From positions 128,001-175,445 of the IMG/VR virus record IMGVR_UViG_3300042923_001771: DNA of 47,445 nt, one strand, 5' to 3'. Each line of letters opens with the position of its first letter. The first letter of the stretch is position 1. Source of the stretch: a virus. Lineage: Duplodnaviria > Heunggongvirae > Uroviricota > Caudoviricetes. Shown here piece by piece: positions 17,504 through 27,222 of the stretch. The translations under genes were made by a program, and so were the position numbers. Below the pieces are notes generated by a model. That model saw only the letters and a list, made by a program, of their open reading frames with translations, did no database searches and had not been told where the DNA came from.

Positions 17504-19729
17504 TTGAGTAACGAAAAACAACAAGTAAAAGATAATTTGAATCAACCATCCTTTTCAATATCCAAATACATTGTACATGCTGTTTTGCCAAAATGCACTA
17601 TGATTTATGGAGAAGTTATTCCATCTACATTTTTTCAAATAGCTTTAAATGTAAATCATAAAGTTGATGCTCCTAAATGGCAAAGAAATAAAAGTTGGGT
17701 TGGTCTTAAGACCATTTCAAAAATTACTGGTTTTAATTTTAGAACAGTAAGTAGAGGAGTTAAGGTTTTAATTGATATTGATTTATTACACCAATCTTAT
17801 CACGGTAAATTAAAGACATTCCAATTAATAAACAACGATATTGTTGATGTTGAGGATATGTTAAAATTTATCGAAAGTGTTGAAGATAAATTATTGCAAA
17901 GTATAGATTCAGAAAAAAGAGATTCGTACCGAGAAAAGTTTTTAGAACTTAACGAAAAGTTAGGTTTAACTTCTAAATTTCACTGTCAACAATTACTTAA
18001 GAAAATTTGGATTCCAGATATCATGTCTTTAAGAGAATCTTTAGTAAAAGCAGAATCAATTTACAAAGGTTCATCCTTGTTTCTTATTAATTTAATAAAC
18101 CAACAACTATCATTTAAAAAAGAAACAATAGTGACAGATAATATAATATCTGAAAAAGAACGTAGTCTAATGATAGGTTGTAGTCAATCAACGTTAAATA
18201 GATACATTAAAGCTTATGAAGCTGCAAGTCTAATTGAACGTGAAAGCCAAAATGGTTCTTATAGTATTAGATTTAATTTTAACAAAAACGATGACACTAA
18301 AAAAGAAGAGGGAGTGGTGAATTCTAAAATGGAAAATAATCAACTTGTTTGTCCTCTATGCGATAGACTGTCTAAGGATGCTCGTTCTTTCAATTTACAT
18401 TTAACTAAACAAAAAGATGCTTCACATAAATTTTTAAATGAATTAAGAAGAATAAAATACACTTCAATATATGAAGAAACAATAGAACTATACAATCAGA
18501 ATAAGCCAACTTTTGATTCTATGGTTGATGAGGAGGATGAAGAATCAGTGATTGAAACTAAAACTTTTGAAAAAGTAGAAACACAAAAAACAAGTAATTA
18601 TATGAGCGTTCCGTGTGAATGCAGAATATCTTGCGAAGAATGTTTCAAGGATTGGAAAAGTGATTATTTCGATGGATGCAAACGACCAAGAAAAGAAGCC
18701 TATACAGAGGAGTTCAGTATTGGAGCAACTAAACAAGAAGAAAAACCAAAAAGAAACAAAAAAGAAGTTAAAGAAAAAGTTAGTAGTTTTGAAGATATAC
18801 CATCAGTTAAAAAACAACCATCTGAAGATACAGCACCAGGTTTGTTGAAATTCTTCTATGATATGACCGAAAAGAGAAGTCCAAACTGGGGTAAAGAAAG
18901 TAGACAGATTAAAAATTTACTTACAAGTAAGGAGCAACCACTTACGGCGGAACAAGTTCGCATTGTACTTAAGTACATGGCAAGAAGAGGTTACGATGAT
19001 GTTAGATTCTTAAGTTCAAGTATAACAGAAGCGTTGTTAGAACACGAATACTTAGAACAAATAAATAAAGAAGGCACAGCTGCTCATTTGTTGAAACGCT
19101 TTTACAATGGTCACAACATGGAACTAAATCTACAAACTTTTACAAGAGAGGTTCGTAAAGTACAAGAAACAATTAATAGCGGGTTAAGTTACGAAGATAC
19201 TAAATTTGTTATTGATTATATGATTGAAACTGGATGCACGACAATTAACTTTATTGGTTCTAAACGTAACGATGCTCTCTCTAGTAAGAGTTTAGGTAGC
19301 GCGGTTAAAACTAACTCAAAAGATAATAATAATTTTAAAAATAATCCTTCATTCTTTGACCAAGATTTTATCAACATTATCAGGGATGAATTAATTAGCG
19401 GAAGAGCTAATTTAAGGAAGGTAGAGGAAGCTCAGAAAGAATCAGCAAAAGTTTTAGCGAGACAATTATTTGTAGAACGTAAATTTACAAATAGATATAC
19501 TAGTTTCGAATGGGCTTGGAGAACTGGTCTTGAATTAGATAACGAAACTTATGAGTTAGGTTGTAAGGAACTAGAAAGAGTTACTTATTTGGATTCAGTA
19601 ATTAATTCTGGTAAACTTAATGAAGATCAACTTAACACATATAAAAAACTTAAGACAAAGTTTGAAGCTTGGCTACAACAACAACATGATGTTTTTAGAA
19701 ATAGCAACTGGATTTCAAATAACTCTTAA
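17504..19729 (+). CDS. Putative replication initiator: two wHTHs, C2H2 finger, Cys cluster, duplicated DnaD/DnaB_2-like domains
   Basis: LKTISKITGFNFRTVSRGV; SEKERSLMIGCSQSTLNRYI; CPLC...HL...H; two TA.xLLKxFY...YM repeats; directly precedes the DnaC-like and DnaB genes. Confidence 0.6.
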   Translation: MSNEKQQVKDNLNQPSFSISKYIVHAVLPKCTMIYGEVIPSTFFQIALNVNHKVDAPKWQRNKSWVGLKTISKITGFNFRTVSRGVKVLIDIDLLHQSYHGKLKTFQLINNDIVDVEDMLKFIESVEDKLLQSIDSEKRDSYREKFLELNEKLGLTSKFHCQQLLKKIWIPDIMSLRESLVKAESIYKGSSLFLINLINQQLSFKKETIVTDNIISEKERSLMIGCSQSTLNRYIKAYEAASLIERESQNGSYSIRFNFNKNDDTKKEEGVVNSKMENNQLVCPLCDRLSKDARSFNLHLTKQKDASHKFLNELRRIKYTSIYEETIELYNQNKPTFDSMVDEEDEESVIETKTFEKVETQKTSNYMSVPCECRISCEECFKDWKSDYFDGCKRPRKEAYTEEFSIGATKQEEKPKRNKKEVKEKVSSFEDIPSVKKQPSEDTAPGLLKFFYDMTEKRSPNWGKESRQIKNLLTSKEQPLTAEQVRIVLKYMARRGYDDVRFLSSSITEALLEHEYLEQINKEGTAAHLLKRFYNGHNMELNLQTFTREVRKVQETINSGLSYEDTKFVIDYMIETGCTTINFIGSKRNDALSSKSLGSAVKTNSKDNNNFKNNPSFFDQDFINIIRDELISGRANLRKVEEAQKESAKVLARQLFVERKFTNRYTSFEWAWRTGLELDNETYELGCKELERVTYLDSVINSGKLNEDQLNTYKKLKTKFEAWLQQQHDVFRNSNWISNNS

Positions 19730-19749
19730 TCAGAAGGAAGAGTGACAAA

Positions 19750-20535
19750 ATGATTTTTTCGAGAGAGGAACACCAGCAAGAAGTAAAGAGATGGCAAAAC
19801 CGATTAGTGAATAATTGTCAGATTTGTAAAGGGTCAGGTTCTATTGATAAGCCTGGCTCCAACAAGGCAATTATGTGTACATGCCAAGAGCAATCTATGC
19901 TTAATGCTCATTTAGCGTCTCATGGCATTCCAAGAAAGTACTTGAACGAAACATGGAATTGGGAAGGTTTAAATAACAATAAAGAATCAACTGAAAAAGT
20001 AAAGCAATACGCAGCAGATTTTAAAAACTACTACTATGATGGAAAAGGACTTTACATCTATGGCCAACAAGGTAGAGGTAAATCTCTTTTGGAATCTCTA
20101 GTTGCTAGAGAAGTTGCAGCATTAATCAATGACGATCATGGCAAACACTTTAGAGTTATATTTATGATTTATGAGGAAATGGTTCAATTATCACATCAAG
20201 GTAGAAGCGATTTAAAAGCAAAGGAACTTTTATCTAAGATAATTGGTAAATCTGATTTGCTTATCGTTGACAATATTGGTTCTGAAACTGGAAGTAAAGA
20301 ATACAATACAAAGCTACTAGAGTTCGTATTGAGAAAGAGAGATAATGATAATGTACCAACTATCATTTCTTCTAATTATACTCCAGAACAACTTAAACAA
20401 GCCTATAGCGATACAATTCACGATTTCGTAAAACAAAATAGTGAATATGTATTAGTACAAGGTGAAAACTTCAGAAAGAAAGATGGAGTAATATTGGACG
20501 ATGGATTCGCAGATTTACTTGAGGAGGATTTGTAA
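19750..20535 (+). CDS. DnaC/DnaI/IstB-like helicase loader ATPase
   Basis: CxxC...CTC Zn motif; GLYIYGQQGRGKS; DLLIVDNIGSE; PTIISSN; GENFR. Confidence 0.85.
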   Translation: MIFSREEHQQEVKRWQNRLVNNCQICKGSGSIDKPGSNKAIMCTCQEQSMLNAHLASHGIPRKYLNETWNWEGLNNNKESTEKVKQYAADFKNYYYDGKGLYIYGQQGRGKSLLESLVAREVAALINDDHGKHFRVIFMIYEEMVQLSHQGRSDLKAKELLSKIIGKSDLLIVDNIGSETGSKEYNTKLLEFVLRKRDNDNVPTIISSNYTPEQLKQAYSDTIHDFVKQNSEYVLVQGENFRKKDGVILDDGFADLLEEDL

Positions 20536-20538
20536 TAA

Positions 20539-21954
20539 ATGGCTGACACATCAATCAATAGAGTAGACAAAATTCAAAAGAAGTTTTTAGCATATCTATT
20601 TTCAAATAGACGTTTTATTGCAGCATCTTTTGGAAGAATCAAACAACACCATCTTCCCGACTATCATGAAGTATATAAGTTGCTAACTGGATACTATCAT
20701 CGTCATAAAGATGTTATCACTGACGATGTAATTGAAATTATGTTTGCTAAAAAGAATGCTGATGCAAACACAATCATAAGCTACAAAACAACAATTGCAG
20801 AACTCAGAGGCATGTTAAATAATGGCGGCGCTTTTGCTGGTAATGATGCTGAATTTAATGCACTAATTGAAGAATTAGAAGAAATTCAAAAGCGTAAGGA
20901 CTATGTAAAAATTGCTGAAACTATCATTGAAACAAATCCGTTAGATTGTTCAACCGATAAGCTTAGTGAAATGGAAAAAACAGTCAAAGAAGACCTTACG
21001 CAAATAACTGCTCGAACTGGTGAGACTCGTAAGGAAGGTACAATTAAAGATTCAGCAGTTGAACGTCTAGAGGCATATCGCAAGGTAAAGGCTGATCCGG
21101 GAGTAATTAAAGCAATTCCAACTGGATTTAGTGCAATTGACGATATGAATGGTGGTTTTAGAGCAGGTGAATTGATTTACGTAATCGGTCGTAAGGGTGA
21201 TGGTAAATCAGTAGCTCTATTGAATTTTGGTTTTAATGCATGGAGCCAAGGATTCAATGTAATTATCTTTACGTTGGAAATTAGTAAAGAAGACTATGAG
21301 AGACGTTTTGACTCAAGAGCAGCAGGAGTATCTTCTAATGGTTTGAAGATGGGTAAGATGGAACCTGAAGAAGAAACTATTTTTGAAGCTTATATTGAAA
21401 ATTTGAAAAAGGGTAAAGTAGAAATCTTGGATAAAGATTCTGGAAATCCTAAGTTTAGCAATTGTGGTACAATGTATATTGTAGATTGTCCATCTGGTTG
21501 TACTCCGGCATTTGTTGAATCCAAGTTGGATACAGTTGAACAACTTCTTGGAATTAAGTTCCACATGATAGTTACAGACTATGCTGGTATTATGACACCA
21601 AATATTCAATTGGCTGAAAAACGTCACCAACAAGGTCAAATTGCTTTGGATCAAAAGCGAATTGCTCGTGAAAGAGATTGTGTGGTACTTTCAGCAGCTC
21701 AAATGACAAGAGCTGGAGCAAAAGAAAAAGAAGCTGATTCTGGTCAAGTAGCAGAATCTGACCAAGTAGCCGATCACTTGGACTGGGGTATTGCAGTTCG
21801 AAGTGTAAGTGAAACTACCGGTATGATGATGAGCTTTAAAACTCGTGATGCAGCACCGTTTAAGTTCCACTTTGCCAAGAAATATTCACAAATGAAAATG
21901 GTGGAATTGGAAGATACACTTTCAAGCTGGGATAGCTTAGGTGGAATCGAATAA
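20539..21954 (+). CDS. DnaB-like replicative helicase
   Basis: IPTGFSAIDDMNGGFRAGELIYVIGRKGDGKS; FTLEIS; VTDYAGIM; SAAQMTR. Confidence 0.9.
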   Translation: MADTSINRVDKIQKKFLAYLFSNRRFIAASFGRIKQHHLPDYHEVYKLLTGYYHRHKDVITDDVIEIMFAKKNADANTIISYKTTIAELRGMLNNGGAFAGNDAEFNALIEELEEIQKRKDYVKIAETIIETNPLDCSTDKLSEMEKTVKEDLTQITARTGETRKEGTIKDSAVERLEAYRKVKADPGVIKAIPTGFSAIDDMNGGFRAGELIYVIGRKGDGKSVALLNFGFNAWSQGFNVIIFTLEISKEDYERRFDSRAAGVSSNGLKMGKMEPEEETIFEAYIENLKKGKVEILDKDSGNPKFSNCGTMYIVDCPSGCTPAFVESKLDTVEQLLGIKFHMIVTDYAGIMTPNIQLAEKRHQQGQIALDQKRIARERDCVVLSAAQMTRAGAKEKEADSGQVAESDQVADHLDWGIAVRSVSETTGMMMSFKTRDAAPFKFHFAKKYSQMKMVELEDTLSSWDSLGGIE

Positions 21955-22002
21955 GGGAGTCTAAAAACTCTCTTTTTTACATAAAAGAAAGGTAGTGTAA
22001 CA

Positions 22003-22278
22003 ATGGCGATTTTTTTAAAGAAAACAACTATTTTCGATATAGACGGTAGGATGTTAATAGGTACAATAACTAAAAAATCTTCAGATAAATCTTTTTTGTT
22101 TGCTCCAAAGGTAGAAACAATCATCAACAGAATGAATAGTAATGGAACATGGAGTGCATATGCTATTGATAAATTAATTGAAGAGCTTGAATTACTTAAA
22201 GACTTTATGTCTGCTCAAGAGATTGCTGAAGAATTATCTGGACAAAACGGAAATGGAGAGATAAAACTTGAACCATAA
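22003..22278 (+). CDS. Hypothetical protein
   Basis: ORF with RBS; C-terminal KDFMSAQEIAEELS similar to the 2433 and 22582 proteins. Confidence 0.65.
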   Translation: MAIFLKKTTIFDIDGRMLIGTITKKSSDKSFLFAPKVETIINRMNSNGTWSAYAIDKLIEELELLKDFMSAQEIAEELSGQNGNGEIKLEP

Positions 22279-22582
22279 AAATAAAAAATGGGATAAGCAC
22301 GAATCTGAATGGGCGACCAAGATGAATAAGTGGAAAATTAAAGATATGAGAGAATTGCTTAATAAATTAGACAATGATCCAGATACAGAAAAACGTAAGG
22401 AGCGTCAAATTTGTAAATATTGTCATTACAATATAAGAATGGCCTTACAAGCTTTTACAGATACTCAATGCGGTAAATGTGATACACCAATGACTTTCTC
22501 AAATTCAGATACTGGTATATTGTGTAAGAGATGCGCTACAATGTTTGAAAGTTGTACACACTGTGGAGGTGAAATGGACTAA
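22268..22582 (+). CDS. Cys-rich zinc-binding protein
   Basis: Four CxxC motifs (CKYC, CGKC, CKRC, CTHC). Confidence 0.7.
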   Translation: MNHKNKKWDKHESEWATKMNKWKIKDMRELLNKLDNDPDTEKRKERQICKYCHYNIRMALQAFTDTQCGKCDTPMTFSNSDTGILCKRCATMFESCTHCGGEMD

Positions 22583-22878
22583 TGAATAATATTATTCCAA
22601 GTCAATATGCAAAAGGATATATACCACAACAAGGTGATATGTACCACGATTCAAATACTGGACTACAAATGATCTGGCACAATAATTCGTGGAAAACACT
22701 CGCAATTGCAGATAAAAAGAAACAAAGAATGTTTGAGCAATTAAAAGATGAAAAAATGGAAGATATTTTAGACACGATGTTAGCTTTACTAATTAGAGCA
22801 AATATCGTTAAAGATGTAGATGAGTTTAAAGAAATAATGGAAGCTAATAAATTAGCAAGTGAATTATCGAATAATTAA
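22582..22878 (+). CDS. Hypothetical protein, paralog of 2433..2786
   Basis: PQQGDMY...WHNNSW...LALLIR...VDEFKEIMEANKLASEL. Confidence 0.7.
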   Translation: MNNIIPSQYAKGYIPQQGDMYHDSNTGLQMIWHNNSWKTLAIADKKKQRMFEQLKDEKMEDILDTMLALLIRANIVKDVDEFKEIMEANKLASELSNN

Positions 22879-22987
22879 TCATTTGAGGATATAGTTTCTA
22901 TATCCTTTTCTTTTTGACTCAGTGTTTAAAATTGTTAACAAAAAGATTACTATATAACAAGAAGAAATGACGGAAGGATGTTGAAAA

Positions 22988-23284
22988 TTGAAGAATAAAG
23001 TAATTCAATTTCCAGTAAGTACAAATCACCTAAATTTAATAAAAGGCCAATATGTGCAAATCGATATTAATGAAAAAGATGGGAGTTCGTTTCATCAAAG
23101 TTATGTAGTTGATGTATTTGACACGTTTGTATTAGTTAAATGGGACGATGGTACGCTTTTTAAATATGATTTTGACACTGATGATAAAAAATATGAATTG
23201 GTAGTACCAACTAGAGATGGAAAAAGAGTGATGGCAAAAAAAAATATTTTTGGAAGATATACAACCGAACCAGATATGAGGTAA
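22988..23284 (+). CDS. Hypothetical protein (beta-rich, SH3-like)
   Basis: ORF with RBS AAGGATG. Confidence 0.6.
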   Translation: MKNKVIQFPVSTNHLNLIKGQYVQIDINEKDGSSFHQSYVVDVFDTFVLVKWDDGTLFKYDFDTDDKKYELVVPTRDGKRVMAKKNIFGRYTTEPDMR

Positions 23285-23288
23285 CTAT

Positions 23289-23918
23289 ATGAGCAATTAC
23301 AGATATGAATACGTTAAAAATCAAATAGATACTCAAGAATACATTTCAAGATTTGTAAGTTTGAAAAAAGTGGGTCTAATTTATCGAGGTAATTGCCCTA
23401 TTCACGGAGAAAAGACACCATCATTTACTGTTTATCCTGCTGGTTATAATGATCCAAAGACTGGCCCACAACAACATGCATCTTATTTTTGTTTTGGTTG
23501 TAAAAGTGGTGGAGATGTATTTTCATTCAAAAAAGCACATGATAATTTAGATACCAAGTTTGAAGCATTAAAGAAGCTTGAAGAAGAGCTTGGTATTGAC
23601 ATGAATGATGATGAAGTACAACAAAACTATTTAAAAGAACAATTGGAAAGAATTAAGACCATTAAAGAACAAACGTTGTCAACACCTGAAATTAACATGG
23701 CATGCTCCAGTATATGTAGAAACTACATTATGTGGGTAAGTGAGAATTTTCCCGAAAAATACGAGGAAGAAATTGGCGCAATAGATAAATTCTATCTATA
23801 TTTTGATAAAGCGTTTGATGAAAAACCAGCAATAGAGTGCATGAAGATAATTGACGAGGTGCAACAAAAGATTTCTTCAAGAAGGGAGAAATTAATGAAT
23901 GCTCAAAGAGAAGAATAA
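23289..23918 (+). CDS. Stand-alone DnaG CHC2 zinc-finger protein (no TOPRIM)
   Basis: CPIHGEKTPSF...YFCFGCKSGGDVFSF; the C-terminus is helical and lacks the TOPRIM DxD. Confidence 0.85.
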   Translation: MSNYRYEYVKNQIDTQEYISRFVSLKKVGLIYRGNCPIHGEKTPSFTVYPAGYNDPKTGPQQHASYFCFGCKSGGDVFSFKKAHDNLDTKFEALKKLEEELGIDMNDDEVQQNYLKEQLERIKTIKEQTLSTPEINMACSSICRNYIMWVSENFPEKYEEEIGAIDKFYLYFDKAFDEKPAIECMKIIDEVQQKISSRREKLMNAQREE

Positions 23919-24034
23919 GTGGAAATATAATTGATGAAATAGATGCTTTTATTGTTATGTTAAATTTTGAGAAATCATAAAGTTTGCACAAGAAAACGAG
24001 ATACTTCGTTTTCTTTTTTATTTTTAAAAATCTA

Positions 24035-24063
24035 TTTACAAAAAATCAAGAATATGATATAAT
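24035..24063 (+). promoter_or_regulatory. Class I SigA-type promoter
   Basis: TTTACA-N17-TATAAT with TG. Confidence 0.8.
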
Positions 24064-24099
24064 AAATATATAATATAAAAATAAGAATGGAGGAAAGAA

Positions 24100-25491
24100 A
24101 TGAACTGGTTTAATATAATTACAGTATGTTTATGCATTATTTTGCCAATCTATCATATGGCTACAAGTTTAACTTTTTTGAAAAGAAAGAAAGAGAAAGA
24201 GATGGAAATATTATCAAATAAAGGGTTTTCATTGCTAATACCTTGTTATAACGAAGAATCTATTTTAGAGACAGCTATTAATGGTATTAAGAGACTCAAC
24301 TACAAAGATATTGAAATTCTATACATTAATGATGGTTCAAAAGACAATACTCTTAAAATGCTGAATGATTTTTTAATACTTGAAAAATGTGAAAGAAAGC
24401 CAAATGGCTATTTAGAGTCTGAAAGAGTAAATGATTTTTATCAATCTTCAATATATCATAATGTGTATGTAATCGATAAAGTTAATGGTGGAAAAGCAGA
24501 TTCACTTAACGCTGGTACTAACTATGCGTCAAAAGAATATATAATAACTTTAGATGCTGACAGCGTTTTGGATGATAGTGCTCTAGGTATTGTTAATGGA
24601 CATTTACAGAAAAACAATGTTGTTGCTGCGGGTGGAACAGTTCAAATACTTCAAGGTAGAGATTTTCAAAATCTAATATCAAAACCATCATTATCGTTAA
24701 AACACATTATCAGATTTCAAATATTTGAGTATTTAAGAGGGTTTTATGTATATAAATTATCTCTTGCCAAATTAAACGCTTTAGCAATAATATCTGGAGC
24801 ATTTGGAATATTCAATAAAGAAGTTTTAAATCAAGTTGGCGGTTATCGTAAAACAATTGGTGAAGATATTGACATCACTTTGAGATTTCAAGAATACGTG
24901 CTAAATAATCCAGACAAGAAAATTGTTTACATACCAGAAGCTATTTGTTACACAGAATGTCCCGAGAATTGGTTGGACCTTTTTAAGCAGAGAGTTAGAT
25001 GGCAAAAAGCCTTTATGGATTGTGTTATTAAGTTTAGAGGTTTGTTTTTCAAAACTTTCCTTAGTAGATCTTTATCTTTCTTTGTTGTAGTTGATTCTCT
25101 CTTTGTAGGTATTTTTTCTACATATATGTCTTTCTTATCATTGATTGTTGTAGCATTAAAACCATCAATTCAGTCAAAGGAAATTCTTTTAACATATGCT
25201 ATTATTACTTTAATTTGCAACTTAACATATACTATTGTAGCGTTAATTATAGCAAAAAGCTATGGTCTTTCATTCAAGAAAAGCGAAATGCTAAAGATAA
25301 TAAATACTCTACTTATGGATTTATTTATTTTCCGTTTCATATCTGTTTTCTTTATTCTTTATGGAAGTATTGCTTATTTTTTCAATAAGCATGATTGGAA
25401 TAAAGTTGCTAGAACCGGAAGAAACTATCAAATTAAACCCATTATAGAAAATATTGATGTGCTTAAAAACACCCATACCAACAATTTGTAA
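24100..25491 (+). CDS. Membrane GT2 processive glycosyltransferase (IcaA/PgaC-like)
   Basis: LIPCYNEE, INDGS, NGGKADSLN, LDAD, ISGAFG, GEDID, QRVRW; N- and C-terminal TM helices. Confidence 0.9.
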   Translation: MNWFNIITVCLCIILPIYHMATSLTFLKRKKEKEMEILSNKGFSLLIPCYNEESILETAINGIKRLNYKDIEILYINDGSKDNTLKMLNDFLILEKCERKPNGYLESERVNDFYQSSIYHNVYVIDKVNGGKADSLNAGTNYASKEYIITLDADSVLDDSALGIVNGHLQKNNVVAAGGTVQILQGRDFQNLISKPSLSLKHIIRFQIFEYLRGFYVYKLSLAKLNALAIISGAFGIFNKEVLNQVGGYRKTIGEDIDITLRFQEYVLNNPDKKIVYIPEAICYTECPENWLDLFKQRVRWQKAFMDCVIKFRGLFFKTFLSRSLSFFVVVDSLFVGIFSTYMSFLSLIVVALKPSIQSKEILLTYAIITLICNLTYTIVALIIAKSYGLSFKKSEMLKIINTLLMDLFIFRFISVFFILYGSIAYFFNKHDWNKVARTGRNYQIKPIIENIDVLKNTHTNNL

Positions 25492-25640
25492 AAAATTTTT
25501 CTTATGTAAGCGAGACTACTAAGTCTCGTTTTTATTTTTGTCTAAAAAAGGTAATAAAAGCAAGATATAATTGTATATATAAACGTGAAACAAATACAAT
25601 CAATTATGTTGATAACATAAATAGAGAGGGAAATGAATCC

Positions 25641-25967
25641 ATGAAAAACAAAAAGCCAAATTGCGGTAAAGTCCAATACTTTGATTTTACGCCAAAACGC
25701 TCAAGAAGAACAATGACGAAAAAACATTCCTCTAATAGACCAGCAAAGATTTTTAGCATCATGACCTATTGCCAGGTTTGTAAGAAAGAAATTACTAAAA
25801 AATATGAAGTAAATGACTTTCACTTATGTGATAAATGCCATAACTTGACCCCACCTGAAATTTATTTAGAAGTTACAAAAAATGATAAAGAAATACAAAG
25901 ATATGTGAATTGGGATGCTGACTTAGAACACTTATATTATCATTTTTGGCTAGATGATACAAAATAA
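25641..25967 (+). CDS. Zinc-finger hypothetical protein
   Basis: CQVC...CDKC. Confidence 0.65.
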   Translation: MKNKKPNCGKVQYFDFTPKRSRRTMTKKHSSNRPAKIFSIMTYCQVCKKEITKKYEVNDFHLCDKCHNLTPPEIYLEVTKNDKEIQRYVNWDADLEHLYYHFWLDDTK

Positions 25968-25995
25968 AAAGACAACCTATTTAGGTTGTCTTTTT
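25966..25995 (+). terminator. Intrinsic terminator
   Basis: AAAAAGACAACCTA-TT-TAGGTTGTCTTTTT. Confidence 0.8.
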
Positions 25996-26007
25996 ATTTA
26001 AAATATG

Positions 26008-26036
26008 TTTACATAATTCCTTTTGGATGATATAAT
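26008..26036 (+). promoter_or_regulatory. Class I SigA-type promoter
   Basis: TTTACA-N17-TATAAT with TG. Confidence 0.8.
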
Positions 26037-26072
26037 ATTAATATAAGGAAGAAACATGAAAGGACGAATAAA

Positions 26073-27131
26073 ATGACTACTAGCACAAAAGAATTAAAAA
26101 GAAAATATACAAAACGCAAACCTTTAAAAGAAAGAAAGACTCATGTCAGATCTTATTCTGAAGATCAAATAGCATTTGTTTTAAATGTTTTTAAAATGAG
26201 AAATGAAAAAAAATCAATTGGCTACATAGCTGATAAGCTTGGCACTACTCGTCAAAACATAAGTCTTATACTAAATGGTAAGAGTAATAAGGCAATAATA
26301 GATAAATATAATTTGACGTTGAGTCCAGAAGTAAAGGGACAACATATTAGTATGGAAAAAACACCTGATGATATTATTTTAACTATATTTGAACTCTATA
26401 AGCAAGATGTAAAAATCGAGGAAATAAGCGAATTAATGAATATTAAATTATTTACATTGCAATCTATACTTACCGGTAAAGCAAAAACAAAACAACTCCA
26501 AAGACTTCATATTAAACCATATGAAACATTAGCAAATAAACAATTTTCAAAAGATGACATAGTTGAAATATTCGCTCTAAAAAAGCAAGGTATGTCACAA
26601 GTTAAAATAGCAGAGAAATATAGCACTTGGCAAACAACTATTTCTTCAATTTTAACTGGAAGAATGTATAATAAAGAAAGAGAAGAACTGGGGTTAGAAC
26701 CAATAGCACTTAAAAATATGTTTAATGAAGATGATATAAAAAAGATCTTTAAGCTACAAAATAAAATGATGACACATGAAGAAATTGCTAAAAAATTTGA
26801 TTGTAAAGCTGGAACGATATCAGCAGTTTTAAACAAAAAAATATATAAGGAAATTTCCGATACGTTTAATTTAAAAGCTATAAAACATTGGCGCGGTCAA
26901 TACATCAAAAAAAATAAAAAAGCAAAAACAAAAGAAGTAAAACAAAGATTTAGTAAATTGTTAAGAACACTTTCAGAAGAACAAGTATTAGAGGTATTTA
27001 GATTAAGAAGAAAAGAGAAAGTATCTAGAGCTAACGTTGCTAAAATGTTTAATCTAGGACCAACAGCAATTGAAAAATTAGAAAATGGTAGAACATATAA
27101 AGACATAATAAAAAAGCATAATTTATTGTAA
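26073..27131 (+). CDS. Protein of five tandem HTH repeats
   Basis: Repeats of roughly S/N-E-D-D-I-x-x-I-F-x-L...IAxK...TISxILxG(K/R)xY. Confidence 0.75.
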   Translation: MTTSTKELKRKYTKRKPLKERKTHVRSYSEDQIAFVLNVFKMRNEKKSIGYIADKLGTTRQNISLILNGKSNKAIIDKYNLTLSPEVKGQHISMEKTPDDIILTIFELYKQDVKIEEISELMNIKLFTLQSILTGKAKTKQLQRLHIKPYETLANKQFSKDDIVEIFALKKQGMSQVKIAEKYSTWQTTISSILTGRMYNKEREELGLEPIALKNMFNEDDIKKIFKLQNKMMTHEEIAKKFDCKAGTISAVLNKKIYKEISDTFNLKAIKHWRGQYIKKNKKAKTKEVKQRFSKLLRTLSEEQVLEVFRLRRKEKVSRANVAKMFNLGPTAIEKLENGRTYKDIIKKHNLL

Positions 27132-27140
27132 TGTTTCTTT

Positions 27141-27167
27141 AAAAACCTCCATAATGGAGGTTTTTTT
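27141..27167 (+). terminator. Intrinsic terminator
   Basis: AAAAACCTCCAT-A-ATGGAGGTTTTTTT. Confidence 0.8.
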
Positions 27168-27222
27168 ATTTTAAAATTTTCCATTAGTTTTATTAGATTA
27201 ATAATAAAAGGAGTTGAATAAA

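Noticed and set aside
26073-27131. Homing endonuclease or mobile element
   Set aside because: No catalytic nuclease motif found
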